Assembly: GCA_965153355.1 (NCBI GenBank)
Contig: OZ231126.1
Span: 35,278,001 to 35,342,000, forward strand
Direction of reading: 5' to 3'
Source of the DNA: Flaccisagitta enflata
Taxonomy: Eukaryota
DNA: 64,000 nt
The notes under the pieces were generated by a model, which saw only the letters and a list, made by a program, of their open reading frames with translations, did not search any database and was not told where the DNA came from. Position numbers and translations under genes: made by a program. This document shows positions 61,201 to 64,000 of this stretch, in pieces; position 1 is the first letter of the stretch; every line of letters starts with the position of its first letter.

Positions 61201-64000
61201 CCAATCACCAGCTTATACAGGAATGTTCTTTTTTTTGTTATTTAACTCTGATGGCCAATTGGAAGAATAAGAATACTATAATATTAATCGCAAACAGGTC
61301 AAATCAAAGTGTTGAATTACTATCTTGGAAATGAATATACGGACACCTAACCATGATTATAGCAGCTAAACTTCCAAATCCAATAAAACAATGAAAGCAG
61401 ATCCATAAACTATGACAAAGAATCTTCCATTCAAGACCAAGCAGAGCTTGGTAGCTCAATGCCTTTCCAAATGAAAGCGTTTTGAAGAAAACTGTTATTC
61501 TACCAAAATCTAATTTAGAGGTTTTCAGTTCATATCTTCAAAAGACAACCGACATTGAAATAGCTCTCAAATCTAAATGGATAGAGCAAAATCATTCTGC
61601 TTGATCTCAATTGATCACATTTTAATTGTTGAAAATTTGAGGACTGCAGTCAATCATAATGCCCTAAAATCATCTAGTAATAAAAGAAAACAAAAAATAT
61701 TCTTTGTTTTTTTTTGTTGCTCTTTGAGAGGCAAGGGATACACGGATTCAAGATGAAAAATCATAGACGAATCCTATGAAAAGTCAGAACAGAAGCTCTT
61801 GATAGATCAAAATACCATATAATGACTAGGAATTTAATATTTTGGGCATATACTTCATTCAATGAGTGAAAAGGTTTACTTTTCTCCAGCTGTCCGTATA
61901 TCTATTTCCAAGGTAGTATTTGAAATCAACTATCATAATAATGCAGTCAGTCCAGTCACAATTGTTTTTGTTTGCACAGTTCCTTTATAAGTCTAAAGCA
62001 AAAGAAGGAAAAATCTTTTAATCCTCCTGTTGTGAGGCTGACAATGTTCTAATGATTGTTCTTATTTTTTTCCACATCTTACCCTCAATGTTCTTATAAA
62101 CAAGGTTCTTAGTCAAAGAATAAAGTGTAACAGAATTTAATTTTTTCTCCTCTCCTCACTGTAAAAGATATTAAAGAAAAAAACTTCGTGAAAAATCCCA
62201 CATTTTTTCCCCGGAATCGGCAATTTAAACTAATGCGTAGAGCCACGATGCACGCAACTCAAAATTGTTTTTGTCGCGTGCTACGCAACTCTACACCCCG
62301 CTATGTCTGTCTGTCTGTCGGTTGGTCGATCGGTCTGTGGGTTGGTTGGTCAGTCAGTCGGTCGGTCGGTCTTTCCCCTATTTACTTTCTTGGCGTTTTT
62401 GGGCAGCGGCGCCAAAGGGCCGATGTCCTGTAGGACACAGGGGGGAATTTCTGTCCGTCCGTCCCCCCATTGACCATCGAGGCCTCAAATCCATCAGACC
62501 TGATTTAGGCCCTCTAACCTAAGCCCTCAAATCAGCCCTCCAGGCCTCAAATCAGCCCTCCAGGCCTAAAATCAGCTCTCCAGGCCTCATATCAGCTCTC
62601 CAGGCCTCAAATCAGCTCTCAAGGCCTCAAATCAGCTCTCCAGGCCTCAAATCTGCCGTCCAGACCTCAATTCAACGTTATGGGCTCAAATCAGCCCTCC
62701 AGGCCTCAAATCTGGCCCTAAGACCTCAAGCCTGCCCCCAGACCTTGAATCTAATCTTCAGGCCTAAAATCTTCCCTCCAGACCTCAAATCCCACTTCAA
62801 TTACCCCTTAGGCCTGATATATTCCCCCTCAGGACGTCAGGAAATTCCCCCCTGTGTCCTACAGGACGTCGGTCCTTTGGAGCAGCTGCCCTGCTCTTAC
62901 TGCACTACTTTACTAGATCACTTCAAGCAGGGCATCGGCCATCGGGTTCCGCTGACCATGTGCAAACCTTGGATGACTATTTGAGGTCTTTGGGCTTAAT
63001 GCCCCTGCCCAGATGCCCAAGTGACCCTCTCCAGCACTGCTCCTATTCACCCGCACGCGACTGGGGTAGCCGTATATCCGGGCTTATTCATTTTCTAAAC
63101 ACTTTAAGCCTGAATTAAAACTGGTCAAATTCAATTCAATTCAATTCAACAGTCTATTTCGGGCATTAAGTTTACACAGCAGCGTCAATATGATGGGTGG
63201 GGGAGGACCATACAAAAGCCTTGATGGTCAGGGGCAGAATCAGTTTGCGTCAGAATAGACGAGCGGGCGACTGGCTTGTCCCCGTTGGCCCTCATAATGT
63301 AGGGCTCGTTATAGGTTAAAGGCACAACAATAATAACACATATTTAAGGAGAGCAACGTAAGAGTACGTTTAACAGTAAAAACATCACAAAACAAATGAT
63401 ACCAGTACAAACGAACACGAGAGTAACGTACGAGTTACGTTCAATAGTATAAACATCAAAAACGAAAATCACTGCATGGTATGTCACTACCATTGCGGAC
63501 ACGCAACTCTTTAAGAGGCTATGTTCATCCGTTGGTCCATTGGATCATAGGTCCGTTGGTCCATTGGTCCATCAGTCCGTTCGTCCGTCCGTCACACTCG
63601 AGTTGTCACGCTTGAGTTGAAAACGCAAAAAAAAAAAAAAAAACGCGTATTTAGGATGCTGCATTTGGCATTGTTTGTGTGTGAGTGTCTTGGAGGGGGG
63701 GTTCGAGGTGTGGTTGGGGTGGGGCTGGGGGTTGGATGCCCCTGCCCACCCATCCGCGACGATATTGTGACCCCGCGTCACTTGTTATATAAAACAGATC
63801 GTGGCTCCAAGGGTTTACGCCTTTATCAAAAATTGCATTCACGCGACTAAAAACACTGATAGCGGGAAACGCAAATGGATGTACAGCTGAACTCCGCTCT
63901 AACTGACCCGCCAGCGACGAAATATCACTTAAGACAGATGCAAGTTTTTGGTCCTTTTAACTTTTTTTCTTTTGTTACCTTTGTTGTCTAGTACAAAATT

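Overview
Eukaryotic (metazoan, probably invertebrate) genomic DNA in two very different parts separated by a 10-N gap at 16543-16552. Part 1 (1-16434) is gene-dense and almost free of the host interspersed repeats. It ends in a Maverick/Polinton-type terminus (...CATACTACT, i.e. 5'-AGTAGT on the minus strand) that abuts a host repeat. Its right end carries a virion module: a double-jelly-roll major capsid protein gene split by five GT-AG introns (seen only as fragments in the ORF track), an adenain-like cysteine protease, a small membrane protein and a 42-aa Arg-rich peptide. Upstream lie a 3'-truncated BEL/Pao LTR retrotransposon, whose gag and pol are in frame and separated only by a UGA-CUAG readthrough-type stop, and a large spliced low-complexity gene with three tandem divergent homeodomain-like repeats and a PIDLS motif. 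Part 2 (16553-64000) is AT-rich, mostly intronic host DNA holding scattered minus-strand exons of an ABCA-subfamily transporter. It is packed with Helentron-associated (DINE-1/HINE-like) repeats, MITEs, two multi-kb inverted-repeat elements, a 5'-truncated LINE and mini/microsatellites. All protein family assignments are by-eye motif recognition; no database search was run.
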